Positions 10,019 to 19,700 are shown, numbered from the stretch's first letter. The stretch is 64,000 bases of DNA from Alloprevotella sp. (GCA_045632685.1 JAZQXB010000056.1:8738-72737), one strand, 5' to 3'. Made by a program: numbers and translations. The notes: generated from the letters alone by a model not told the origin.

Positions 10019-10780
10019 ATGCTTGAAATAAGAAACTTACACGCCTCTGTAGAAGGCAAGGAAATACTCAAGGGGGTGAACCTCACGATTGGTGATGGTG
10101 AGGTGCACGTCTTGATGGGTCCCAACGGTTCGGGAAAGAGTACGTTGAGCAATGTGCTCGTGGGTAACCCTAAATATACTGTGACCGAGGGTTCGATTAC
10201 GTTTAACGGCAAGGACCTATTGGCGCTTTCTCCCGAAGATCGTGCGCATGAAGGCATCTTTATGTCGTTCCAGGCACCTACGGAAATCCCTGGGGTATCC
10301 ATGACCAACTTCATGCGCGCAGCGATAAATGCCAAGCGTGCCTATTTTGGCGAACCCACCATCCCTGCTGCCGAGTTCTTGAAACTCTTGAAGGAAAAGC
10401 GTAAACTCGTGGGATTGGATGCCCACTTTATGAGTCGTGGCGTGAACGAAGGGTTCTCGGGCGGTGAACGCAAACGCAATGAAATCTTCCAAATGGCGGT
10501 GCTTGAACCTTGTTTCTCTATTCTTGACGAGACAGACTCTGGTCTTGACGTCGATGCGCTCCGCATTGTGGCAGAAGGGTTCAATATGCTCCGTACGGAG
10601 AAAACCAGCGCAATGGTGATTACCCACTATCAGCGTATGCTCGATTACCTCAAACCCGACTTCGTACACGTGCTCGTAAACGGTCGCATCGTGAAAGAAG
10701 GCACAGCGGCGCTTGGTTATGAAATCGAAGAGCGTGGCTTCGACTGGATTAAAGAAGAGGTAATGAATTCCGATATTTAG
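10019..10780 (+). CDS. sufC: Fe-S cluster assembly ATPase SufC
   Basis: GPNGSGKS, NEGFSGGE, LDETDSGLD and ITHYQR motifs. Confidence 0.97.
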   Translation: MLEIRNLHASVEGKEILKGVNLTIGDGEVHVLMGPNGSGKSTLSNVLVGNPKYTVTEGSITFNGKDLLALSPEDRAHEGIFMSFQAPTEIPGVSMTNFMRAAINAKRAYFGEPTIPAAEFLKLLKEKRKLVGLDAHFMSRGVNEGFSGGERKRNEIFQMAVLEPCFSILDETDSGLDVDALRIVAEGFNMLRTEKTSAMVITHYQRMLDYLKPDFVHVLVNGRIVKEGTAALGYEIEERGFDWIKEEVMNSDI

Positions 10781-10856
10781 TAGACGAGTTTATAGTAAAC
10801 GAGTAGACAAGATGGTTTGCGAGGTAAACGATGTGAGTCCCGCATAACCTTTCTTC

Positions 10857-11036
10857 TTTAATCCCGCTTTGCGGTCTTGAATCTGCTTACGCTCGGCAAC
10901 GCTCAAGTAAACTTGGTGCTGCTCTCGCTTATTCGCAGATTTCTCCTTTAATCCCGCTTTGCGGTCTTGAATCTGCTTACGCTCGGCAACGCTCAAGTAA
11001 ACTTGGCGCTGCTCTCGCTTACTCGCAGATTTCTCC
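10857..11036 (+). repeat. 90-bp repeat family B, two tandem copies followed by (TTTCTCC)n
   Basis: Units 10857-10946 and 10947-11036 differ at two positions. Confidence 0.93.
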
Positions 11037-11067
11037 TTTCTCCTTTCTCCTTTCTCCTTTCCCCTCT

Positions 11068-12393
11068 ATGCCCAACTCAAAACAATACATACAACTTTTC
11101 AAGGATCACCGTGCCTTGCTCGACAAGGGTAGTTGTGCGGTGATGAATGCTGCACGTGAAGGTGCGGCTGTAACGCTTGAAGAAAAGGGACTCCCCACCA
11201 AGCGCACGGAGGAGTATCGCTACACCGACGTGCAGGCGGCCTTCGCTCCTGATTATGGGGTGAATTTGCAGCGCCTTGCTCCTAACGTAGATGCTTACGC
11301 TACTTACAAGTGTAATGTCCCCAACTTGAGCACCACCCTTCTTTTTGTGGTGAACGACACGCCCATCTCCATGCCCGAAAATACACATCTTCCCGAGGGT
11401 GTGCGTATTCAGCGACTTGCAGAAAGTGGCGATTTCATCGAGGAATATTACAATCGTGCTGCCGCTAATGAAGATGGCATTGCTGTGCTCAATACGATGC
11501 TTGCGCAGGATGGTTTGCTGATTTACCTCCCCGCCCACACCGCCTTGAAGCACCCCGTTCAGATTGTGAATGTTTGTGATGCCCAGCATCCCATGCTCTC
11601 CAACCGCCGCCTCTTAATTGTAGCCGAGGAAGGTGCTGAAGCGCAAATCATTCTTTGCGACCACACAGCAGGTTCGACGGCTTACCTTACCACCATGGTG
11701 ACAGAGGTCTTTGCCGCCAAAGATGCGAAGATTGACCTTTGCACTATTGAGGAGAACGGCGACAACCACGATAAGTTTGCGCATTACTATATTGACCAAC
11801 AGGCAAACAGTCGCGTGACGATGAACGGTGTGACGCTCCACACGGGACGTACCTGCAACAGAGTGCGTGTACGTTTGCTCGGCGAATATGCAGAGAGTCA
11901 TACGTCAGGTGCTGTGATTACGGGTGGTAAAGAACGTGTGGACAACCACTTGGTGGTGGAACACATTGCTCCCAATTGCAATAGCGATATGCTCTTCAAG
12001 TATGTGCTGGATGGCGAAAGTGTAGGTGCATTTGCGGGTAAGGTGCTTGTTCGTCAGGATGCGCAGAAAACTACTTCGCAGCAAACGAATGCCAACCTTT
12101 GTGCGTCTCCCGAGGCGCGTGCGTTCTCGCAACCCATGCTTGAAATCTATGCCGACGATGTGAAGTGTAACCACGGTTCTACCATCGGAAAGCTCGATGA
12201 AAACGCGCTTTTTTACATGCGTCAGCGTGGTATCGCAGAGAGTGAAGCCCGCTTGCTCCTCCAACACGCGTTTGTAAATGAAGTACTCCAACGCATCGAA
12301 CCCGAACACTTGCGCGACCGCCTCGCTCACCTTGTGGAACTCCGTTTCCGCGGAGCACTTCAAAAGTGTGAGGGTTGCAAAATGTGTAAGTAA
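11068..12393 (+). CDS. sufD: Fe-S cluster assembly protein SufD
   Basis: EEYRYT, PMLEIYADDVKCNHG and FYMRQRGI motifs. Confidence 0.96.
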   Translation: MPNSKQYIQLFKDHRALLDKGSCAVMNAAREGAAVTLEEKGLPTKRTEEYRYTDVQAAFAPDYGVNLQRLAPNVDAYATYKCNVPNLSTTLLFVVNDTPISMPENTHLPEGVRIQRLAESGDFIEEYYNRAAANEDGIAVLNTMLAQDGLLIYLPAHTALKHPVQIVNVCDAQHPMLSNRRLLIVAEEGAEAQIILCDHTAGSTAYLTTMVTEVFAAKDAKIDLCTIEENGDNHDKFAHYYIDQQANSRVTMNGVTLHTGRTCNRVRVRLLGEYAESHTSGAVITGGKERVDNHLVVEHIAPNCNSDMLFKYVLDGESVGAFAGKVLVRQDAQKTTSQQTNANLCASPEARAFSQPMLEIYADDVKCNHGSTIGKLDENALFYMRQRGIAESEARLLLQHAFVNEVLQRIEPEHLRDRLAHLVELRFRGALQKCEGCKMCK

Positions 12394-12405
12394 CGATTTC
12401 CATTC

Positions 12406-13605
12406 ATGAACAGAGAAGATTTTCCCATACTTTCCCAACTCATCTACAAGCGCCCACTGGTGTATCTTGATAATGCCGCAACCACGCAGAAACCGCACTG
12501 CGTGATTGACGCCATTTCCGAGATGTACAGTTGTGTGAATGCGAATGTGCATCGCGGTGTGCATTACCTTTCGCAAAAGGCTACGGACCGCCATGAGGCA
12601 GCCCGCGAGGTAGTGCGCCAATTCATCAACGCGCATTCTACGGCAGAAATTATTTTCACGCGTGGCACTACGGAGAGCATCAATCTCGTGGCCAGCAGTT
12701 TCGGCGAGGCGTTCCTCCGTGAGGGCGATGAAGTAATTGTGAGTACGATGGAGCACCATTCTAATATTGTGCCTTGGCAACTGTTGCGCGACCGTAAGGG
12801 AATCGTCTTAAAGGTAATCCCCATTACGGATGAGGGATGCCTGGACATGGAGGCTTATAAGAATCTCTTTACAGAGCGCACGAAATTGGTGAGTGTGGCG
12901 CACGTAAGCAACGTGCTCGGTACGGTGAACCCCGTCAAGGAACTTGCGCGCATTGCCCACGAACATGGGGCGAAAATTCTCGTTGATGGTGCGCAGAGCA
13001 CCCCGCATTTTGCCGTGGATGTGCAGGATATCGACTGCGACTTCTTTGTGTTCAGCGGTCATAAGGTGTATGGTCCCACAGGCATTGGAGTACTCTACGG
13101 CAAAGAAGCACTGCTCAACGAAATGCCCCCTTATCATGGTGGTGGCGAAATGATTGCGCGCGTCACGTTTGAGAAAACTACCTACGAACGTCTGCCTTTC
13201 AAGTTTGAAGCGGGTACTCCCGATTATGTGGGTACGCATGCCTTGGCTACGGCCCTCAATTACGTAAGTGCCATTGGCATGGACAACATCTCTGCTCACG
13301 AACGCGAAATCACGCGTTACGCCATGGAGCAAATGAGTGCCATTCCCGACCTTCGATTCTTCGGAACCGCACCCGATAAGGACGCTGTTGTGGCATTCAA
13401 CATCGGCAATATTCACCCCCTCGACCTCGGCACCCTCCTCGACCGCCTTGGCATAGCCATCCGCACGGGCCACCACTGCGCCCAACCCCTCATGCAGCGC
13501 TATGGCGTAGAGAGCATGGCGCGCGCCTCCTTTGCGCTTTATACCTCAAAGGAAGAAATTGATGCCTTCGTCAAGGCGTTGGATCGGGTAAGGCAGATGT
13601 TTTGA
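12406..13605 (+). CDS. sufS: Cysteine desulfurase SufS
   Basis: YLDNAATTQKP, FSGHK and RTGHHCAQP motifs. Confidence 0.97.
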   Translation: MNREDFPILSQLIYKRPLVYLDNAATTQKPHCVIDAISEMYSCVNANVHRGVHYLSQKATDRHEAAREVVRQFINAHSTAEIIFTRGTTESINLVASSFGEAFLREGDEVIVSTMEHHSNIVPWQLLRDRKGIVLKVIPITDEGCLDMEAYKNLFTERTKLVSVAHVSNVLGTVNPVKELARIAHEHGAKILVDGAQSTPHFAVDVQDIDCDFFVFSGHKVYGPTGIGVLYGKEALLNEMPPYHGGGEMIARVTFEKTTYERLPFKFEAGTPDYVGTHALATALNYVSAIGMDNISAHEREITRYAMEQMSAIPDLRFFGTAPDKDAVVAFNIGNIHPLDLGTLLDRLGIAIRTGHHCAQPLMQRYGVESMARASFALYTSKEEIDAFVKALDRVRQMF

Positions 13606-13644
13606 TAGAATAAATAGACTGACTTAAATAGTGTAGAAAAAAGT

Positions 13645-13826
13645 ACCGGACGGCGCTCTCCCCCTGTTTATAGGGGGAGGGGACCAGCTCTGCTGGTGAG
13701 GGGGTGCTGAACACACCCCGCACGGCATACTCCTAACTACTCACTCCTAACTACTCACTAAAATAGCACCCCCTCACCACTACGTGGTCCCCTCCCCCTA
13801 TAAACAGGGGGAGAGCGCCGTCCGGT
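13645..13826. repeat. Family A dimeric palindromic element, copy 1
   Basis: Left arm ACCGGACGGCGCTCTCCCCCTGTTTATAGGGGGAGGGGACC...GGTGAGGGGGTGCT (13645-13708) and its inverted copy (13765-13826). Confidence 0.95.
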
Positions 13827-13845
13827 TCTTGTTACCTTTCCCCCC

Positions 13846-14472
13846 ATGCTTTCCCCCTTATACAACACCTCAAACCTCATCGAAGCAGGTTGCGACGAAG
13901 CCGGGCGTGGCTGCTTGGCGGGTAGTGTGTATGCCGCTGCAGTTATTCTGCCCCCTGATTATCAGAATGAGTTGCTGAACGACTCCAAGCAGCTTTCGGC
14001 AAAGAAGCGTTATGCCCTGCGTGAACAGATAGAGCGGGATGCTGTGGCGTGGGCAGTGGGCGTTGTAACCGCCGAGGAGATAGACCAAATCAACATCCTC
14101 AATGCCTCCATCCTGGCGATGCACCGCGCTCTTGACGCGCTGAAGGTGCGCCCCGAGTACGTGATTGTGGACGGCAACCGTTTTAAGAAGTATCAAGACT
14201 TGCCCCACACCACGATAGTCAAAGGGGATGGCAAGTACCTCTCTATTGCTGCCGCGAGTATTCTTGCCAAAACTTACCGCGACGACTACATGGCGGAGCA
14301 ACACACGCTTTACCCCCATTACGGTTGGGATAAGAATGCGGGTTACCCCACGAAGCAACACCGCGAGGGCATCCGACAGCACGGACTTACCCCCATTCAC
14401 CGTAAGACCTTTAACCAGTTGGGTGAAGGGCAACAAACACTTTTTGATGACCCTAAATTTGGGATGGAGTAG
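13846..14472 (+). CDS. rnhB: Ribonuclease HII
   Basis: GCDEAGRG, LNDSK, VDGN, KGD and SIAAASILAK motifs. Confidence 0.97.
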   Translation: MLSPLYNTSNLIEAGCDEAGRGCLAGSVYAAAVILPPDYQNELLNDSKQLSAKKRYALREQIERDAVAWAVGVVTAEEIDQINILNASILAMHRALDALKVRPEYVIVDGNRFKKYQDLPHTTIVKGDGKYLSIAAASILAKTYRDDYMAEQHTLYPHYGWDKNAGYPTKQHREGIRQHGLTPIHRKTFNQLGEGQQTLFDDPKFGME

Positions 14473-14614
14473 CAGTTTTAGTAAACAAGTTTATAGGTAC
14501 GAGTAGACGAGATAGGTAGCGGACTCCTTTTTGCGCATATCCACTCATTGAACCTACTGTCGTTTAACTCTGTAACCATCTCGTCTACTTGTCTACTCGT
14601 CTACTAACAATATT

Positions 14615-15451
14615 ATGACCATACTTACTTTTACCCTTATCATTCTTATAGGCGCCTATGCCGCAGGCTTGCTGGGTTCGCTGACCGGACTCGGCGGTGG
14701 GGTAGTCATCATCCCCTTGCTCACCCTCGTGCTCGGCATCGACTTCCACTACGCTGTGGGAGCAGCACTTGTGGCTTCCATCGCCACCAGTTCGGGGTCG
14801 GGTAGTGCTTATGTAAAGGAGGGGATTACAAATATCCGTCTCGGCATGTTCCTGGAAATCGCCACAGTAATTGGTGCCGTCATCGGAGCTTTCGTGGCGT
14901 ATTACCTTAATAATAACGTGATTGCCGTAATCTTTGGTTGTACGCTGATGCTTACAGGTATTATGCAGATGGTGAAGAAGCAAGACCATGAGGGCGTAAA
15001 GGGTTCTGAAGCCGCACGTCGCCTGAAACTCTTTGGTACAGCCCCGCAGAAGGACGGCACGAAGCGCTATTACGAACTGCGCAACGTGGGTGGTGGTTTC
15101 GGCGTAATGACCATTGCAGGAGCGCTCTCGGGAATCCTCGGCATCGGTAGTGGAGTTCTGAAGGTGATTGCCATGGACAATCTCATGAAAGTCCCCTTTA
15201 AGGTAAGTACCACCACCTCTAACTTTATGATGGGCGTAACGGCATGTGCATCAGCCGTAGTGTATCTGCAGCGCGGAAACATAGACCCCGGCATTGCGTG
15301 TCCCGTGATGATAGGCGTTCTGCTCGGAGCACTCACGGGCGCACGCCTCCTAAAGCGCCTTGACGTCCGCCTCCTCCGCAAAATCTTCAGCGTCGCCGTA
15401 TTGATGGTGGCGGTGAATATGATCTGGCAAGGCATCAACGGCCAGTTTTAG
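14615..15451 (+). CDS. Sulfite exporter TauE/SafE (TSUP) family permease
   Basis: GSLTGLGGG and SGILGIGSG repeats; multi-TM profile. Confidence 0.9.
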   Translation: MTILTFTLIILIGAYAAGLLGSLTGLGGGVVIIPLLTLVLGIDFHYAVGAALVASIATSSGSGSAYVKEGITNIRLGMFLEIATVIGAVIGAFVAYYLNNNVIAVIFGCTLMLTGIMQMVKKQDHEGVKGSEAARRLKLFGTAPQKDGTKRYYELRNVGGGFGVMTIAGALSGILGIGSGVLKVIAMDNLMKVPFKVSTTTSNFMMGVTACASAVVYLQRGNIDPGIACPVMIGVLLGALTGARLLKRLDVRLLRKIFSVAVLMVAVNMIWQGINGQF

Positions 15452-15472
15452 TTGATTAAACACTCCGGATAC

Positions 15473-15676
15473 TCCGGATGGCGCTCTCCCCCTGTTTATA
15501 GGGGGAGGGGACCAGCTCTGCTGGTGAGGGGGTGCAAGAATACATCCCGCACGGCATACCCCTAACTTCTCACTATAAACAGCACCCCCTCACCGCCAAG
15601 GCGGTCCCCACCCCTTCATTTCCCCCGTTATCGGGGGACGGAAATCCCTATAAACAGGGGGAGAGCGCCATCCGGA
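15473..15676. repeat. Family A element, copy 2 (right arm carries a ~33 bp insertion)
   Basis: TCCGGATGGCG...CGCCATCCGGA termini; same arms as copy 1. Confidence 0.95.
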
Positions 15677-15695
15677 TTTTATAACTTCCAACCCT

Positions 15696-16061
15696 ATGCA
15701 AATCCTTATCAGTCGCACCCTCCGCCTCGGCGTAACTATTGCCAGCATTTTGGCGGGCATAGGCGGCATCTTTTATTTCATACAGCACGGCACCGAACTC
15801 CTTGACACAGAAAAATATCAGTCGTTCTCGTATGCCGACACGCAAAACCCAGCCACCACCACCTTTACGGGAATCCTCCAAGGGGCATGGGCGGGAAATT
15901 CCGAGAGTCTCATCCAACTGGGTGTAATCGCCCTGTTGCTCACCCCCATTATGCGCGTGGTGCTTTCGTTCTTTGATTTTGTGAAACAGCGTGACTGGCT
16001 CTATGTCGCTATCACCGCCTTTGTGTTGATGGTAATCGTTGTAAATTCTGTGGTAGAGTAG
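15696..16061 (+). CDS. DUF1634 family membrane protein
   Basis: LISRTLRLG and QLG...LLLTPIMRV motifs; usual partner of TSUP genes. Confidence 0.85.
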   Translation: MQILISRTLRLGVTIASILAGIGGIFYFIQHGTELLDTEKYQSFSYADTQNPATTTFTGILQGAWAGNSESLIQLGVIALLLTPIMRVVLSFFDFVKQRDWLYVAITAFVLMVIVVNSVVE

Positions 16062-16167
16062 GGTGTTTTCCCGTTCTTTCGTTCGTCTAGAGTGTGCTAA
16101 AACAGGAAAAAACACAAAAAAACTGCATTTTTTTTAGCATTCCCCTTGTCAGTTTGGAAGAAATGCG

Positions 16168-16175
16168 TAACTTTG
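16168..16175 (+). promoter_or_regulatory. -7 promoter element (TAACTTTG) of the tRNA cluster
   Basis: Consensus match 13 bp before tRNA-Leu. Confidence 0.8.
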
Positions 16176-16188
16176 CACTCGCTAAGAC

Positions 16189-16272
16189 GGAGAGGTGGCG
16201 GAATTGGTAGACGCGCTACTTTGAGGGGGTAGTGTCAATTGTGACGTGGGAGTTCGAGTCTCCTCCTCTTCA
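16189..16272 (+). tRNA. tRNA-Leu(GAG)
   Basis: Acceptor GGAGAGG/CCTCTTC, anticodon loop TTGAGGG, long variable arm, GTTCGA. Confidence 0.93.
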
Positions 16273-16314
16273 CTCAGCACAAGGAAAACTTACTGAAAGG
16301 AAGATTTCCACATT

Positions 16315-16387
16315 GCGGAAATAGCTCAGTTGGTAGAGCACAACCTTGCCAAGGTTGGGGTCGCGAGTTCGAGTCTCGTTTTCCGCT
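16315..16387 (+). tRNA. tRNA-Gly(GCC)
   Basis: GCGGAAA/TTTCCGC acceptor, TTGCCAA loop. Confidence 0.96.
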
Positions 16388-16440
16388 CACCCAAAAGCAG
16401 AGCAAACCGCGGTTTAGCTCTGCTTTTTCCATTCTACGGA

Positions 16441-16525
16441 GCTCGAATGGTGGAATGGTAGACACGAGGGACTTAAAATCCCTTGGGCAGAAACGCCTGT
16501 GCGGGTTCGAGTCCCGCTTCGAGCA
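16441..16525 (+). tRNA. tRNA-Leu(TAA)
   Basis: GCTCGAA/TTCGAGC acceptor, AGGGA-CTTAAAA-TCCCT anticodon arm. Confidence 0.95.
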
Positions 16526-16528
16526 CAG

Positions 16529-16571
16529 AAAGTCGCAAGTTGCTATGCAACCTGCGACTTTTCTTTTTTTT
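16529..16571 (+). terminator. Intrinsic terminator after the tRNA cluster
   Basis: AAGTCGCAAGTTGC-TAT-GCAACCTGCGACTT plus T run. Confidence 0.75.
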
Positions 16572-16622
16572 ATTGCTTCTTAAGAAGCAATAATTGAAAA
16601 TCTACTAAATTCGGATGCTCAA

Positions 16623-16916
16623 GACGCCGAAGGTGTCTCCGCTCAGTAACCAGGGCGTGCGAGCAAAGCGAGTACCCCCGGTGAGGAACCTATTAGCATC
16701 GCACCCTGGAGGGGTGCCCGAACAACAAGGTATACCAGGTGTTGGGGCACTCTTTCAGAGTGCGACTACTCTCTGATACCAATCCGGGGGTATTCGCTCT
16801 GCTCAAACCACCCGGTTACCGAGCGGTGACGCCTTCAGCGTCATTCCGCGAGTGAAATTTTTTTAAGTTACCGAGCGGGGACGCCTTCAGCGTCATTTAG
16901 CGAGTGAGATTCTTTA
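16623..16916. repeat. Family C long inverted-repeat REP-like element with duplicated right end
   Basis: GACGCCGAAGGTGTC...GACGCCTTCAGCGTC (16623-16842) with nested inverted blocks; 52-bp direct repeat at 16815 and 16867. Confidence 0.8.
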
Positions 16917-17160
16917 GGCAATAATATAAGTGATACTTGCGTGATCTTCGGTTGTCCACGAAAACTCGTTTGTTTTAATGTCATACGGTGGTATTTAGAC
17001 CAGATGGATATTGACTTGCGCAACCTTCGGTTAGTGCGCATTTGTGTTCATTAGTGGTTCCAGATAAATACAAACGAACTTTCGCGGTCAACATACCAAG
17101 AAAATATAATACCATGCCGAGAACATAAAATACCATGCTTGGTATTTTTATTTCCATGCC

Positions 17161-17220
17161 TTGGAAATAAAATTACCAGGGTTGGAAATAAAATTACCAG
17201 GCGTGGAAATAAAATTGGAA
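17161..17220. repeat. 21-bp tandem repeat (TGGAAATAAAATTACCAGG..), about 3 units
   Basis: Read directly from sequence. Confidence 0.85.
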
Positions 17221-17289
17221 ATGACATCTAATAACTTTGCTCCGCTTTCTGCCTTTCCGTGAGAATAAAACCACGCATTTTTGTGCAAC

Positions 17290-17321
17290 AAAAAAGCGTC
17301 ACCCGTTGCGGATGACGCTTT
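17290..17321 (-). terminator. Terminator after tRNA-Asn
   Basis: AAAGCGTCA.CCG..GCGGATGACGCTTT hairpin with an A run on the plus strand. Confidence 0.75.
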
Positions 17322-17324
17322 GTG

Positions 17325-17398
17325 CGCTTCAGGATGGGCTTGAACCAACGACCCCCTGATTAACAGTCAGGTGCTCTAACCAACTGAGCTACTGAAGC
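17325..17398 (-). tRNA. tRNA-Asn(GTT)
   Basis: Reverse complement gives GCTTCAG/CTGAAGC acceptor and CTGA-CTGTTAA-TCAG anticodon arm. Confidence 0.95.
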
Positions 17399-17667
17399 AG
17401 AAGAATATGCTTTTTGCTAATTGCGTTGCAAAAGTACTGCTTATTTTCGAAATAAACAATATCTTTGCATGAAAAATTGCATATTTTTTTGTGAAAAGGT
17501 TTCCTAAAGGGTGGTTGAAACCTAAAACACAACCGAAATGGTTCTGCTAATATACGCGTCTTTCTAACGATGAAACTTTACGTGGGAGGGGTGTATGATA
17601 GTCATTACAAGTCAATTTCTATATCGTTTTAAGAATATCCTCCTCATTATATATTATATATAGTATT

Positions 17668-19341
17668 ATGAAAAAGTGTCGTTTCCTATTCTTGCTGTTC
17701 CTTTGTCCCCTCATGTTGAGTGCACAGGAAACGCTTACCGACCAAAATTTGAAGTTTACGCGCCAGTTGCGCATACTCAATCAGGTGCTTTCTAACCTTG
17801 ACGTATATTATGTAGATACACTGGATGCCAAGAAGGTGATTGACGATGGCATTCAGTATATGCTCTACAATTTGGATCCTTATACGCAATATATTCCCGA
17901 GGAAGATACCGAGGAGTTTCTGGAGTCTACTACAGGTAAGTATGCCGGTATAGGTTCTCCCATCGGTTTTCATCCCGACCATAACCGCTGTACTTTTAGT
18001 AATCCCTATGAAGGAATGCCTGCTTACGAAGCAGGAGTGCGTAGCGGTGATATTATTCTTGAGATTGATGGTGAGGATATAAAGCGTGAGGAGGGAGAAA
18101 CACCCGCTGATTACTCCACACGTGTGACCTCCAAACTCCGTGGTGATGCTGGAACGAATTTTACGTTAAAAGTGAAGCGTCCTGGGGTTGAACAGGAGGT
18201 GGTGTTAACCCTCACACGTCGCGTGATTGAAGTATCTAACGTTCCTTATTATGGTATGTTGGACGATGAGGTGGGCGTCATTGTGGTGTCTTCCTTTATG
18301 GAAAATACGGCTCGCGATGTGCGACGTGCCTTTGTGGCGCTCAAGCAACAGGGCATGAAGCGACTGATGCTTGATTTGCGCGGAAATCCTGGTGGACTTG
18401 TGCTGCAGGCGGTGGAACTTGTGGGCTTCTTTATGCCTAATGGTACAAAGGTAGTGACTACCAAGGGAAAGTTGGCAGAGTTTGAAGAAGTGTTCTCAAC
18501 GCAAGACGAACCCCTGGATACGAAAATACCCCTCATGGTGCTTGTGGATGATGGTAGTGCTTCAGCTTCAGAAATTACAGCGGGTGCGCTTCAGGATTAT
18601 GACCGAGCGGTTGTCGTTGGAGAACGAACTTATGGAAAGGGGTTGGTGCAGCAATCGTTAGACCTTCCTTTTGGTGGACTGCTGAAATTCACCTCAAGTA
18701 AATATTACATCCCCAGTGGACGTTGCATACAGGCCTATGATTTTAAGAATCGTGGGGAGGATGGTCGCCCCAAGCACTTGCCCGACAGTTTGGCAAAGAC
18801 TTTTTATACTGCAGGAGGGCGTGCGGTGAAGGATGGCGGTGGTGTGATGCCCGACAGTGTGATGGTTCAAGATACCCTTCCTTCGTTTGCTTACGACCTG
18901 TTGACCTCTCGTGTCGTTGAAGACTTCGCAGCTTATTATCGCAATACGCACCCCCAGGTGGCGGTGGAGACTTATACGTTTACGGATGCCGATTTTGACG
19001 CATTTAAAAAGTATGTGGCATCGTCAACCTACAAATATAACCCCCGTTCCTTGCGAATGCTGGAGACGCTTGCTAACGCTATAAAATATGAGGGGTATGG
19101 CGAACTTGAAGAATTGGATTCCTTGAAGAAGGCGCTTGAACCTAATATGGAAGAGCTCCTCAATCGCAATAAAGAACCGATCTGCGACCTCCTCGAATGT
19201 TTGGTTGCTACGAATTATTACGGACTTTCTAAATCATACCTTTTCAAACTTCGCAAAGACGTGGTAGTGCAACGCGCCCTACAATTGTTGCGTGATGATA
19301 AGCAGTGCCAAGAGTTGTTGGAAGGGGGAAGTAGTAGGTAG
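17668..19341 (+). CDS. S41 family C-terminal processing peptidase (PDZ)
   Basis: Signal peptide, LDPY, DLRGNPGG, SASASEI and GERTYGKG motifs. Confidence 0.95.
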   Translation: MKKCRFLFLLFLCPLMLSAQETLTDQNLKFTRQLRILNQVLSNLDVYYVDTLDAKKVIDDGIQYMLYNLDPYTQYIPEEDTEEFLESTTGKYAGIGSPIGFHPDHNRCTFSNPYEGMPAYEAGVRSGDIILEIDGEDIKREEGETPADYSTRVTSKLRGDAGTNFTLKVKRPGVEQEVVLTLTRRVIEVSNVPYYGMLDDEVGVIVVSSFMENTARDVRRAFVALKQQGMKRLMLDLRGNPGGLVLQAVELVGFFMPNGTKVVTTKGKLAEFEEVFSTQDEPLDTKIPLMVLVDDGSASASEITAGALQDYDRAVVVGERTYGKGLVQQSLDLPFGGLLKFTSSKYYIPSGRCIQAYDFKNRGEDGRPKHLPDSLAKTFYTAGGRAVKDGGGVMPDSVMVQDTLPSFAYDLLTSRVVEDFAAYYRNTHPQVAVETYTFTDADFDAFKKYVASSTYKYNPRSLRMLETLANAIKYEGYGELEELDSLKKALEPNMEELLNRNKEPICDLLECLVATNYYGLSKSYLFKLRKDVVVQRALQLLRDDKQCQELLEGGSSR

Positions 19342-19404
19342 TAGGTAGTAGGTAGTAGGTAGTAAGTAGTAGGTAGGAAGTAGTAGGTAGTAAGTAGTAA
19401 GTAA
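19331..19404. repeat. (GTAGTAG/GTAGTAA)n heptamer tract
   Basis: About 10 units starting at the S41 stop codon. Confidence 0.9.
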
Positions 19405-19458
19405 TACCTAGTCGGGTGGGGATTAATTGTTCTGTGTAACTTTTGTTATGGCTTGTTG

Positions 19459-19537
19459 TTGCCTGTTAAGGCCTGTCATTGCCTTTAACACCTGCCATTG
19501 CCCGTTAACACCTGTCATTGCCTGTTAATGCCTGTTG
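19459..19537. repeat. ~20-bp tandem repeat TTGCCTGTTAAnnCCTGTCA x4
   Basis: Read directly from sequence. Confidence 0.8.
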
Positions 19538-19700
19538 GTCACTCAAAGTAAGAGCGAGTTTCTCATCGCCTCATTTTGTAAAACCGTCATGCCAAACCGA
19601 AAAAAAATGGCAATTCTTGTGTGGAATCCAAAAAAACTCGTAACTTTGCCCCACGAAACTATCTATCTTTTTTATTTTAATCACTTTAAACAAAACGCAA

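Noticed and set aside
9814..10996. Minus-strand ORFs with repeated SVAERKQIQDRKAGLK
   Set aside because: They read through 90-bp family B repeats and antisense sufC.
13784..13978. ORFs containing PSPYKQGESA or SPPVYRGRG (also 23629-23927, 24214-24722, 31702-32160, 15648-16115)
   Set aside because: They are translations of family A repeats, not genes.
16393..16428. Hairpin between tRNA-Gly and tRNA-Leu as a novel RNA
   Set aside because: A simple stem with A/T flanks is adequately explained as a terminator or processing stem.
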